Under the pieces are notes generated by a model that was given only the letters and a program-made list of their open reading frames with translations, did not search any database and was not told where the DNA came from. Made by a program: the position numbers and the translations under genes. This document shows positions 9,836 through 20,139 of a stretch of 64,000 nt of DNA, one piece after another; position 1 is the first letter of the stretch; each line of letters opens with the position of its first letter. The DNA is from an uncultured Phycisphaerales bacterium (GTDB lineage: Bacteria > Planctomycetota > Phycisphaerae > Tepidisphaerales > Tepidisphaeraceae), in assembly GCA_963758525.1 (NCBI GenBank), contig CAVWVQ010000002.1, forward strand, positions 224,001 to 288,000, in the 5' to 3' direction.

Positions 9836-10963
9836 TTATTTTTTCAGCGTCTCCAGCAGCCGCGCCTCAATCAGTCCCTGCAGTTGACCGGCCAAACCCT
9901 GATACAGAAAGACATCGCCGCCGATCGGATCCTCAATATCCCCCTTTGGGTCCAGCGGTGCAACTTTTTCCGCCGCCGACGGAACCAGCGCAGTGACCTG
10001 GTGCGCGTGATTGCGGCTCATCGTATAAATCATGTCGGCCTGGTGAATCAGCTCGACAGTGAGCGGGCGCGAGCGATGGTTCGTCAGATCCGCCCCCAGC
10101 CCCTTCACGGCGGCAACTGCCTGTGGCGTGGCTCGGGCTCCGGGCATCGCGTAGCTGCCTGCCGATATCACGCTGATGCCGTTCTTTTCCAGATCGGGCT
10201 CCGCGACGGCGAGCTTCTCCGCCAGCAAATGCCGGGTGATGGCTTCCGCCATCGGCGATCGACAGGTATTGCCGCTGCAGACAAATAGAATAGTCGTCCT
10301 CATGAGCCGATCGATGATCCGTTCGTCATACACGCCGATTCGCACGGTCTGGTAGCCGCTCTCCAGCACCTTCAAGATCGTCGATGGCTTTGAATATTTT
10401 GTCGGCCCGGCGTCCAGGATCAGGTCTACCTTGTCAGTCAGGCTCTCCGCAGCGCCGGATTCTGACCATGACATCGTTCCGCCGAGTGGACTTGCGGTGA
10501 GCGCGACCGGTCCGGTGACAGCCCCCAGCACGTCGGTGGCGACGACATGCTCCGGGCACCGTAGCGTAATCCCCGCGTCGTCATACAACGCCGATTCCGG
10601 AACCCCCAGCGAGTTGGCGACTTCCGCGCGTCGGGCGGGCGGAACGTCGAAAACGAGCCCCACCGGTCCAGGCCACAGCTTCCGCACCATGCGCTGTCCA
10701 AACTCGCCGACTTTCCCCACATACGCAAACGCGTCTTCCGGGCGGGCCAGGTGAATCGTAAAGGGCCGGCTGGCGTCCCCGCCCCGCAGGGCGGTCAAGC
10801 GCGCGCGAGCTCCTTCATGAGTGAGCAAGCCAGCCGCGCCGTAGACCGTTTCAGTAGGCAGAATTGCGATTCCACCGGAACTGATCAGGTCGGCGCCGCG
10901 ACCCACATGCGCGTTGTAGTCCCCGGCCGAGAAAATGGAGATGATTGGCACCGACATGATCAC
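9836..10963 (-). CDS. Fusion: TsaC/Sua5-like domain + low-molecular-weight protein phosphatase
   Basis: PTETVYG and WPGP (Sua5); FVCSGNTCRSPMAE and DIEDPIG (LMW-PTP). Confidence 0.88.
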   Translation of the reverse strand: MIMSVPIISIFSAGDYNAHVGRGADLISSGGIAILPTETVYGAAGLLTHEGARARLTALRGGDASRPFTIHLARPEDAFAYVGKVGEFGQRMVRKLWPGPVGLVFDVPPARRAEVANSLGVPESALYDDAGITLRCPEHVVATDVLGAVTGPVALTASPLGGTMSWSESGAAESLTDKVDLILDAGPTKYSKPSTILKVLESGYQTVRIGVYDERIIDRLMRTTILFVCSGNTCRSPMAEAITRHLLAEKLAVAEPDLEKNGISVISAGSYAMPGARATPQAVAAVKGLGADLTNHRSRPLTVELIHQADMIYTMSRNHAHQVTALVPSAAEKVAPLDPKGDIEDPIGGDVFLYQGLAGQLQGLIEARLLETLKK

Positions 10964-11029
10964 CGGATCATATAAGAGGCGAGGCGCCGCAAGCTGTCAA
11001 GAATGGAAAGATTGTGACGAATTGCACAG

Positions 11030-12990
11030 TTACTGGCTGAGCGGGTCTTCCGGATATTTCTCCTTCAGCCGCCGGTGCAACGCAAGGCTCTTCGCAGGGT
11101 CTGTTGACGCGAGAAGCCGACTGGCTCGATCGAGCAGTTGCGGAGCATACGATGAGCTCGGAACCGCCGAGGCAAAGGCCTCGGCGACTTTCGCGGCGGC
11201 GCCCGTGTCACCCTTGATTTCCATCAGCCGGGTCCGCAGCAGCACGCTGTATCCGCCCAGGAAATCGGCGGGAAACGCCGCCTGCCACTGTTCCCATGCC
11301 GCTTCGCCCGCCGCCCAGTCTTTCTCCGTGACGTAATACTCGATCGTCCGCGCAAACGCGCCGCTGAGAGCAACGTGGTGCTCCCATTGGGCACTGAGCG
11401 GCAGCGACGCCAGAAGTTTTGCGCCCTCATCGGCTTTCTGATCGAGAATCAGCGCCTGGGCATCAATTCTTTTAATCCGCACATCGCCGCCACGCGCCAG
11501 CGGCTGCAGCAGCCGGTCGGCGGCGGCAAAATCGCCGATGCGCCAGACCAGCAGCTCGGCCAGCTCCATCGTCGCACGGTCGTGCAAATTGGATCGCTCT
11601 GGCACGCTCTCCCAACAATGCACCACCGCGTCACTGCGCCCCGCTGCGATGCCTTCACGCGTGGCCTCGTCCAGCGCACCGAAGGCGCGATCGACATTCT
11701 CGTGCGTCTGGAGCGAAGCAAGACGACTGGCTGCCGCCAGCATCGGATCGATCATCCCTGCCCGCTGGAACAGATAGACTGCCCGGCAGAGCGACTGCTC
11801 GGGCAGCTTCGAAAAATCATCCCGCGCCGCGATGTTCGCATGCACAGCCACCGGCTCCGCCGGCGGATGATCGATCTGCTCCCACAGCCGCCCCACTCCG
11901 AACTCAGTTGTCTGCGAATCGGCGAGAATGCCCGATTGCACGGTCACCTTAACCGAATAAATTCCAAGGGTCAGATAGACGTGATCCACCATCAATCCGC
12001 TGGCGGTCTGACCGTCACCAAAGTCCCAGTCATATTCCGCGCCGCTGCCGTACTCGTGAGCGGTGAATTTGTAGTGGTATGAGTAGTCGCCGGCAAAAAA
12101 TGTTTCTCCCATGTACTGGGAAAGAAAGTCCGCCGTCAACGGCTGGCGGTTCTCCTGCAGCGGCTCGGCGACGGACGTGTGGAACGGAGCAATCTCCTGC
12201 CGGCCGATCCGCTGGAAAATATGGCTGTTGGGCGTCTTCCACGCCGCCAGAAACAACCCGTCGGCCCCGGTGTTGACGTGATAAATCAGCAAATCGTGCG
12301 GCCCTCGCGACAAAGTGATCGACCCATGATTGCGCGTATCGGCTGGCCCGATCGCCGCATAGACCACCGGCTTGCCATCGAGGAACAGAGCCGCAAAATT
12401 GTCCGCCCATAGCGAAACCACATACTGCCCGTCGACGGGAGCAAAGACAGACCCGCTGATGCGCGACACCGTCCGATCCTCGGCGCCAAACGGATTAAAC
12501 CCGATGGCCGCCTCGGGAATGAGCGTCTCCCCGATCACCTTTCCGCCTCGATCCCAGGCATCGGCCAACCGATTGAAGTTGTTGAGAGGCCCGGCATAGT
12601 CGAGTTGCTTCATCTCCAGATGCAGCCCGCAGTCGAACTTCAGGTCCCCCGGACCCGGTTGCGGCCGAGCCGGCACAGGGTCGCCAAAGTAGGCGAAATA
12701 TTTTTTGATCGGCCGTTTCAACGAAAACACCACGCGGGCGCGGTCGCCAGGGCCCATCATCAGCACGTGGGAGGCGACGAACGTGCCGTCTTCAGTCGTC
12801 ATGCAAATGTCGCTGCCGTCCGCTTTGGAGTGGCCCGCCGTGTAGAAATCCGCCACCGCCAGCGAGGTCGGCGGACTTTGCCCCGGCTCCCAATTTGCGT
12901 CAATCTGCCGGCGAAACTGCCAATCCGCGCGGACGGATGGCACAAGTGCGAAGAGCAGGAAAAATGCGATTTCCAATAAGGTGCCGACCC
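11030..12990 (-). CDS. Secreted PA14/PKD domain protein (start uncertain)
   Basis: YDWDFGDG..DHVY PKD motif; helical C-terminus. Confidence 0.65.
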
Positions 12991-13158
12991 ATCGCAGGTT
13001 GGTCCGATGCTTCTTTCCCGTCCGCGCCGCCAGCACGGGGTGGACGCCGGTGCCGCAGGTGGCACGCGCGCCAGGGGGGCGCGAAACAGTGCGCAACGCG
13101 CACGGGCATTGGTCAGTTGCGTTCGCGTTGTGAATCGGTTTATCTCCAGCCATCACAG

Positions 13159-13752
13159 ATGTTGCCCGCATACATTCTACCCAAGGCAATCCTCTTCGAC
13201 ATGGACGGCACGCTGACGCGGCCGCTGCTGGATTTCCCGCGGATCAAATCGGAGATGGGCATCGGCAATCGCCCGATCCTCGAAGCGCTGGCACAGATGG
13301 GGCCGGCGGAACGGCGCGCTGCGCAGAGCGTGCTCGATCGCCATGAGGAAGAGGCCGCCGAGCGATCGACACTCAATGAAGGCTGTCACGAGTTGCTCGG
13401 CTGGCTCGCCGCGCGCGACATCAATACCGCACTCATCACACGCAACAGCCGTCAGAGCACGCAAACCGTTTTGCGACGGCACGGGCTGCAACTGAAGATC
13501 TGCATCACGCGCGATGATGCTCCGTTCAAGCCTGATCCCGCGCCGCTGCGGCTCGCCTGCCAGCGGCTTGAAACGTCCGAACAGGATGCGTGGATGGTCG
13601 GCGACGGCGTCTATGATATTGAGGCGGGCGTGGCCGCGGGGATGCAGACGGTCTGGATCAGCCATGGCAGGGAGCGGGGCTTTTCAGCGCAACCCTGGCG
13701 GGAGGTCGTTGACTTGCCCGCCCTGCTGCGCATGCTGGAATCGGCTCGCTGA
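13159..13752 (+). CDS. HAD-family hydrolase
   Basis: FDMDGTL, KPDP, MVGDGVYDIEAG. Confidence 0.9.
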   Translation: MLPAYILPKAILFDMDGTLTRPLLDFPRIKSEMGIGNRPILEALAQMGPAERRAAQSVLDRHEEEAAERSTLNEGCHELLGWLAARDINTALITRNSRQSTQTVLRRHGLQLKICITRDDAPFKPDPAPLRLACQRLETSEQDAWMVGDGVYDIEAGVAAGMQTVWISHGRERGFSAQPWREVVDLPALLRMLESAR

Positions 13753-13801
13753 TTCGCGTCGCTCACCTTGGGCAGCGCGGCGTGTCTGATGAGGGACCAC
13801 C

Positions 13802-14572
13802 ATGATGACCGCACGCACGATTCTTGCGCTGGCTTTTGCCACATTCGTCGCCGCAGCCGCGCTGCGCGCGGAAGAAGCGCCGCTCCCGCCGGACGCTTCG
13901 GTCGACACGATTCTCGAAGCGATGAATCAGCGCGGCAGGCCCCCCGCGGAGTTTGTCGCGAAATTGAGCGACACGACGGGAGATCCCGCGCTTGGAAACG
14001 ACCAGACGCGGACCGGAATGATCTGGTTTTCCCGGCGCGATGCCGTGAGTCTCCGAGTGCATGTCGTGTTCGATAAACTGATCGTCGGCCACGTCATTCA
14101 AAATCAAAAGCGCGAGTACCTGCTCGACGGTGAGTGGCTGACCGACCGCAACTACGACACGAAGCTCGAAGCAAAACACCAGGTGCTTCGGCCAGGCGAA
14201 AAGAAGGACCTTATCAAGCTGGGCGCGGGTCCGTTCCCTTTGCCGATCGGACAGGCCAAGGAGGACGTGAAGAAGGCGTTTGACGTAACGAAGGTCGCGG
14301 CGGCGAAAGGTGATCCTGCGGGAGCCATCCACCTCACGCTCACGCCAAAGGCCGGCACCGATCTGGCGAAGAAGTTTTCATCCATCGACGTGTGGGTTGA
14401 CCTGAAATCGCACATGCCGGTGGTGATCGACACGGTTTCCGGCAGCGACGAACACCGGATCGAGTTGAAGGACATTCAGGTCAATCCAAGCCCCCCGCTG
14501 GGAAACAAGGATTTCACGCTGCCTGAGGTCGATCCCTCGTGGAATTTGAAGACCGACACGTACGGGGGCTGA
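13802..14572 (+). CDS. Secreted LolA-like protein
   Basis: Signal peptide; LTLTPK..IDVWVD..P pattern. Confidence 0.55.
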   Translation: MMTARTILALAFATFVAAAALRAEEAPLPPDASVDTILEAMNQRGRPPAEFVAKLSDTTGDPALGNDQTRTGMIWFSRRDAVSLRVHVVFDKLIVGHVIQNQKREYLLDGEWLTDRNYDTKLEAKHQVLRPGEKKDLIKLGAGPFPLPIGQAKEDVKKAFDVTKVAAAKGDPAGAIHLTLTPKAGTDLAKKFSSIDVWVDLKSHMPVVIDTVSGSDEHRIELKDIQVNPSPPLGNKDFTLPEVDPSWNLKTDTYGG

Positions 14573-14632
14573 AAATCACAGCCGGGACGGCCGTGCTACC
14601 GGAAAATCACCCTTTGGCGCGGACGCGTGCTT

Positions 14633-16186
14633 TTAAACCTGCTCGGCCAGCGCCGCGGCGACGCGGCGCGTGACGCCTTCCCAGTCTCCGATTGCGCTCT
14701 GGCGAAACAGCCTCATCGTCGGGTACCAAGGGCAATCATCGCGGTCGATCATCCAGCGCCAATCCGCCGAATACGGCAACATCACCCACACGGGCTTCCC
14801 CATCGCCCCGGCCAGATGCGCGACGGCGGAGTCGATCGTGATCACCAGGTCGAGATTCGCGATGATTGCCGCAGTGTCGGCAAAATCACCCATCTCTTCC
14901 GCGTGGTTAATCAGGTCCCAGCTCTTTGGTGCCGTGGAGAGTTCGGCGCGGCCATCGTCACGCTGCAAACTGTGGAATCGCACATTTGGCACGTCAAACA
15001 GCGGCCGGCATAGCGCAAGCGGGCATGAGCGATTGGGGTAGGGCATGCTTCTGCCGCACCAGACCAGCCCGAGATGACACACACCTTGGCCCGTTTGCAT
15101 TTGCCCGCGAAATCTCGCGACCCGATCCGGCGCGGCGGCGATGTACGGCACCGATTTTGGGATCGTCTCCAGCGTGGCTTCAAATTTGAGCGGGCAGCCG
15201 AGCAGTTGAAATTGCAGGTCAAACTGCGGCAACGGATCGCCCTTGGTCAATATCTCATGCACTCCGTCAACGGTCCTGAGAAGTTCCTTCAGCTCCGGCG
15301 GGCAGCCCAGAATGATGCGCACACCGCGATCGGCAAGCAGCCGTGCGTAGCGCACAAATTGAATGATGTCGCCGAATCCTCCCTCCGAATCGAGCAAAAT
15401 CGTGCGGCCGGCGGGGTCGGAGCCGTCCCAGATGGGTTGTGGAAACTGCTGGCGCTTATAGGGAAAATTCACGCACTGCCAGCGCCATTCATACTCTCGC
15501 CATCCCTGGGCGTAATCGCCAAGCGTCAGCAGCATCAGTGCCCGGTTCCAATGCGACTCAGGATTTTGCGGTGCGCGCGCCAGAACTTCCTCGTAGCAAG
15601 CAAGCGCTTCGTGCATTTGACCCGCGGCGTGCAGCGAATTGCCGAGCAGCGTCAGCAACGTCATGTCGCCGGGACGCTTCGTCAGCGCGGCACGCTCGAT
15701 CGCGATCGATTCGTCGAAACGAAATTCCCGATCGAGGGCCGCCACCAGGGCGGACATCGGCTCGGCCGTATCGTGTCCATGGCGGGCCATTTCATGAAAG
15801 ACGAGCATCGCGTCGTCCACTTGTCCTTGATCTGCCAGCAGTATCGTCAGATTCAAAAATGCGTCCGCCAGCGTGGGATCGAGTTCGATGCTCTTGCGGT
15901 AGCACTCGATCGCCCGCTGAAGCTGTCCCGCCCCGCGGCAGGCCGTTCCGAGGTTATTGCGGTACGCCGCGATCGTCGGGCAGGCTGCCACTGCGCTGCC
16001 GATCCATTGAATCGCCAGATCGTGTTTGCCCGCCTGATGTGCGATGACGCCAAGCAACTGCACCGCGTCTGGCCGTGCAGGCTCGCGCGCGAGCGCTTCG
16101 CGATAGCAAGCCTCCGCTTGCCCAAGTCTGCCGGCCTGGTGATGGGCCATCCCCTGGCTGATAATCTCGTTCACACTCTGGGGCAT
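14633..16186 (-). CDS. TPR-containing glycosyltransferase-like protein
   Basis: N-terminal TPRs; EGGFGDIIQFVRY, DLVITIDSAVAHLAGAMG, PWYPTMRLFRQ. Confidence 0.85.
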   Translation of the reverse strand: MPQSVNEIISQGMAHHQAGRLGQAEACYREALAREPARPDAVQLLGVIAHQAGKHDLAIQWIGSAVAACPTIAAYRNNLGTACRGAGQLQRAIECYRKSIELDPTLADAFLNLTILLADQGQVDDAMLVFHEMARHGHDTAEPMSALVAALDREFRFDESIAIERAALTKRPGDMTLLTLLGNSLHAAGQMHEALACYEEVLARAPQNPESHWNRALMLLTLGDYAQGWREYEWRWQCVNFPYKRQQFPQPIWDGSDPAGRTILLDSEGGFGDIIQFVRYARLLADRGVRIILGCPPELKELLRTVDGVHEILTKGDPLPQFDLQFQLLGCPLKFEATLETIPKSVPYIAAAPDRVARFRGQMQTGQGVCHLGLVWCGRSMPYPNRSCPLALCRPLFDVPNVRFHSLQRDDGRAELSTAPKSWDLINHAEEMGDFADTAAIIANLDLVITIDSAVAHLAGAMGKPVWVMLPYSADWRWMIDRDDCPWYPTMRLFRQSAIGDWEGVTRRVAAALAEQV

Positions 16187-16314
16187 GCAGATGCGGGAAA
16201 AAGTTACTCACTTTTCAACTCTTTTGCGACTGAACGCTAAGTTGCCGGCTCCTGCGGAGGTCTCTGGGTTCTCGAAACCCGCCGCCATGAAAACAAAAAG
16301 GTAAGGAAGATCGC

Positions 16315-17298
16315 ATGCGCAAGTGGAGAGGGCAATTGAACCAGACTGTGTGTACCGCGGCGGCAATGGGGCTGATGGCGGCGTTCGCGCCCGCCAGTCG
16401 GGGCGATCTATCGTTGCCGAGCAGCGCTCCGGCCGACATCGTCTCGCCCGTGATGCTGGACAACACGATGGTCAATCCATCGGAGGCCCAGAAGCACCCC
16501 GACGCTGCTCAGCCACCTGGTGTCCTTGAAGGCGGCGACATCGTTCACCCCTGGGAACTTCAGCCGACGACCGTCGAAGGCCAAAAAGCGTTGCGCGAAG
16601 AGCAAACGGTCGGCAGTTACGGGCAGCCGGTCTGGACGGTCGATCGTCGATTTGCGGAAACCCGCGTTTACGTCCGCCCGGAGGGGTCGCTCGAATTCGA
16701 GTATTGGCTGATCCCCACCATCCCCCGCCGCGGCCCCACGGAAATTGACAGTCAGTTTGAATTGGAATTCGGGCTCCCTTATCGCATTCAGCTCGACCTG
16801 TATTTGACCAATGTCTACGAACGCAGCGGCGGCAAGACGTTTACGAACGGCTCCATCGAATTTCGCTACGCACTGGCCGACTGGAACAAGATCTGGGGCA
16901 ATCCGACGCTGTACATCGAATGGGAACACCAGGACGAGGGCCCCGACATTCTCGAATCCAAGATCCTTTTCGGCGGCGATGCCGCGCCTCGATGGCACTG
17001 GGGATGGGATCTCACCTTCGAACACGCCTTCGGCGATGACTACTACGATCAGTACGAAACCACTGCCGGCTTGAGCTACACGCTGGTTGACAACAAAGTC
17101 GATATCGGCGCCGAATTCAAGTTGCAGGAGGACACCTTCCACGACTCGCGCAGCCACTTTCACGACAACGTTCTGATCGGGCCGAGCATTCAATGGAGGC
17201 CGTCACAGCGCATGCACATCGACTTCACGCCATTCGTGGGGCTCACCCACGAGAGCGACGCGGCACAGATCTACGTGATCGTCGGCTGGGAGTTTTAG
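16315..17298 (+). CDS. Putative outer-membrane beta-barrel protein
   Basis: Signal peptide, alternating beta strands, C-terminal GWEF. Confidence 0.6.
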   Translation: MRKWRGQLNQTVCTAAAMGLMAAFAPASRGDLSLPSSAPADIVSPVMLDNTMVNPSEAQKHPDAAQPPGVLEGGDIVHPWELQPTTVEGQKALREEQTVGSYGQPVWTVDRRFAETRVYVRPEGSLEFEYWLIPTIPRRGPTEIDSQFELEFGLPYRIQLDLYLTNVYERSGGKTFTNGSIEFRYALADWNKIWGNPTLYIEWEHQDEGPDILESKILFGGDAAPRWHWGWDLTFEHAFGDDYYDQYETTAGLSYTLVDNKVDIGAEFKLQEDTFHDSRSHFHDNVLIGPSIQWRPSQRMHIDFTPFVGLTHESDAAQIYVIVGWEF

Positions 17299-17462
17299 GT
17301 CTAAACGAACCTCCCGCGCCGCCCCAACCTCCATCGCATCGGTTCTCACGCATGTGATCAGTCAACTTTGTCGACCGAGCGCGGTATCGACAATACGGCT
17401 TGCACTCTGCGCCGCAGATGCTTATCTGATGCTTGTGCGGTTTCAAAAGCGTGGAGAATGAC

Positions 17463-18452
17463 ATGAGACGATCGCGTTACCTTGCGTTGGTGTTGCTGTT
17501 GCTCTGCCCATGCCTGGCACGGGCGGATCTCGTGGATCAGATGCAGGAGTTTCCGCCGGGCTTGTTCAGCGACGGCGGCCATTACACCCTGGCGGACCTC
17601 AAGGGAAAGGCCGTTGTCCTGGTCTTCTTTGAAATGGATTATGGCGACAACCGCGGACATATCGCGGATTGGAACAAGCTGGTCGATCAGTACAAGGACA
17701 GGCCGATCAAGTTTCTCGCGGTCGCGCCCCATGCTGATCTGGCGAAGGTGCAGAAGTATGTGCAGGAGACCAAGCTCCAGATGCCAGTCTATGCGGACAG
17801 TCTGGGCCTGATGGACGAGGAGTGGCGCGCCAAGGTTTCCATGGATGATGCGCGCGTCTTTAAAATTCTCGGGCCCGATGGGAACGTCGTCGGAAACAAG
17901 ATGACCTCGGAGGACATCGATAAGGCCCTGGCAGGCGCTGCATGGAAGTACGATGACAAGGATTACGATCCGAAGTTCAAGCCTGTCGTCAATCTGCTGA
18001 ACTGGAACCAGTACCAACCCGCGGTGAAAATGCTCCGGCCTTTCGTGCGCAAGGAGGCTGTTACCACGGTCGCGAAGTCTGCCAATAAGTTGTTCGCCCA
18101 GGTAAAAAGCGAGGGGGAGCAATGGAAAGCGGACGCCGATCAAGTCGCGGCTTCCGATCCGGTGCGGGCGTTCGATTTGTACACGAAGATCAGCACGGTA
18201 TTCGCCGGGGACGAGTTAGGCAGATCAACGATGGTGCCTTTGAAAAAGCTGAAAACTGCCAAACCCGTGACCGACGAATTGGCAGCGCGGGCCGAGTGGG
18301 AGCAATTCTCCAGCAAGCTCCCGCTCATCAAGCGTTCGCAGCGTTCGCAGGCCAAGGATTTTTGCAAGCAGATCGTCACGCAATATCCAGAGACGCCAAC
18401 GGGCAAGAAGGCGGACGCCCTGGCAACCACCTTTGCGCTCACCGGAGCCTAA
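17463..18452 (+). CDS. Secreted redoxin/TlpA-like fold protein with helical C-terminus
   Basis: YTLADLKGKAVVLVFF pattern; no CxxC. Confidence 0.6.
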   Translation: MRRSRYLALVLLLLCPCLARADLVDQMQEFPPGLFSDGGHYTLADLKGKAVVLVFFEMDYGDNRGHIADWNKLVDQYKDRPIKFLAVAPHADLAKVQKYVQETKLQMPVYADSLGLMDEEWRAKVSMDDARVFKILGPDGNVVGNKMTSEDIDKALAGAAWKYDDKDYDPKFKPVVNLLNWNQYQPAVKMLRPFVRKEAVTTVAKSANKLFAQVKSEGEQWKADADQVAASDPVRAFDLYTKISTVFAGDELGRSTMVPLKKLKTAKPVTDELAARAEWEQFSSKLPLIKRSQRSQAKDFCKQIVTQYPETPTGKKADALATTFALTGA

Positions 18453-20139
18453 GAGTCGGGCGGGGGAAGATTTTCAGGGACAGAACCACCCGGGGGAAGC
18501 CGAGCGAGGGCACGTGCAACATCTGATCTTCTCGAGCGGTAAAAATTCGTCTGCGACCGCCCCTTCCTTGCTGATTCGATCTTGTGTGGTGTTGATACTC
18601 CTCGGGTCGCACTGCATAGGTTTGGCTGGCGAGAATGACGGGACCCGTCCGGTTGCAACCGATGCGCCCAACGCGTCGTCGATTATTTTAACACCTTCGC
18701 CTCCGCCATCGCCGCGAATCAATGGGCCGTCGCTCTATGGAGTGCGGCCCGGTCACCCGTTTCTGTACGCAATCCCCGCGACCGGCGATCGTCCGATGAC
18801 GTTCGCGGTCGACGCTCTTCCGGCCGGACTCAACGTCGACGCATCAACTGGGCGCATGACCGGCATGCTCGCAAGTGCCGGCGAATATCCGGTCACGCTT
18901 CACGCGACCAACGCCAGCGGAAAGGCCGAGCGGAAATTCAAAGTCGTCGCCGGCGAAGAGATCGCCCTCACGCCGCCGATGGGATGGAACAGTTGGAACT
19001 GCTGGGGAGGCAACGTCGATCAGAGCAAGATTCTGCGGTCAGCGCACGCGATGGCAGCCTCGGGGCTGGTCAATCATGGGTGGAGTTACATCAATATCGA
19101 TGATGCCTGGCAGGGCGCGCGTGGCGGGGAATTCAACGCGATTCAGCCGAACCTGAAGCGATTTCCCGACATCAAGGCGATGTGTGATGAGATTCACGGC
19201 CTGGGCTTGAAGGTGGGAATCTATTCCACTCCGTGGGTGACATCCTACGCCGGCCGTGTTGGCGGATCGTCTGAAAATCCCCAGGGGACTTGGGCGCGTT
19301 CGGGAACCGACGCTCCTCGGAATCGCAACGTGTTTCCGTACGCGATCGGCCGCTATCACTTTTTCAAAGAGGACGCGAAGCAATGGGCTGCGTGGGGAAT
19401 CGACTACCTGAAGTTTGACTGGGGTCCCAACGAAGTCCCGGAAACCAGGGAGATGGCCGATGCCCTTCGCGCGTCGGGCCGCGATATTGTCCTGAGCCTC
19501 TCAAACAACACCACCAACACGCTGTTCGGCGTGATTCCGGAGATGTCCGGGTTGGCCAACTGCTGGCGCATCGGAGGCGACATCAGCGACTCGTGGAAGT
19601 CGATTGTCTCCCATGGATTCGATCACGATCAATGGGCGCCCTACGCCCGCCCCGGACACTGGAACGACCCGGACATGTTCGAGGTCGGCGCCAACGGCGG
19701 CGGAAAACCCAAGCGGCTCAAGCCCGACGAGCAATACACGCATGTGAGCCTCTGGTGCCTGCTGTCCGCGCCGCTGCTGCTGGGTTGCGACATGGATCAC
19801 CTGGACGAGTTCACGCTCAACCTGCTCAGCAACGATGAGGTGCTCGCGATCGATCAGGATTCCCTGGGCCGACAGGCGACTGCCGCCGTCAGCAGCGAAT
19901 CAACCCGAGTCTATGCAAAGGACCTGGCCGATGGATCAAAGGCGGTTGGACTCTTTAATTTGAACCAGGAGTCCGCTTCGTGCGCCGTGAAGTGGACTGA
20001 TCTGAAGATCGCCGGCAAGCAAGTCGTTCGCGATCTGTGGCGACAAAAAGATCTCGGCACTTTCGATGGCCAGTTCGAATCGGTCGTGCCGGGGCATGGC
20101 GTTATATTGATTCGGCTGCGTCCCGCGGGGGTGCCATGA
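18433..20139 (+). CDS. GH27 alpha-galactosidase with Ig-like domain (start uncertain)
   Basis: TPPMGWNSWN, IDDAWQG, WGIDYLKFD, WNDPDM. Confidence 0.9.
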   Translation: MRSPEPKSRAGEDFQGQNHPGEAERGHVQHLIFSSGKNSSATAPSLLIRSCVVLILLGSHCIGLAGENDGTRPVATDAPNASSIILTPSPPPSPRINGPSLYGVRPGHPFLYAIPATGDRPMTFAVDALPAGLNVDASTGRMTGMLASAGEYPVTLHATNASGKAERKFKVVAGEEIALTPPMGWNSWNCWGGNVDQSKILRSAHAMAASGLVNHGWSYINIDDAWQGARGGEFNAIQPNLKRFPDIKAMCDEIHGLGLKVGIYSTPWVTSYAGRVGGSSENPQGTWARSGTDAPRNRNVFPYAIGRYHFFKEDAKQWAAWGIDYLKFDWGPNEVPETREMADALRASGRDIVLSLSNNTTNTLFGVIPEMSGLANCWRIGGDISDSWKSIVSHGFDHDQWAPYARPGHWNDPDMFEVGANGGGKPKRLKPDEQYTHVSLWCLLSAPLLLGCDMDHLDEFTLNLLSNDEVLAIDQDSLGRQATAAVSSESTRVYAKDLADGSKAVGLFNLNQESASCAVKWTDLKIAGKQVVRDLWRQKDLGTFDGQFESVVPGHGVILIRLRPAGVP

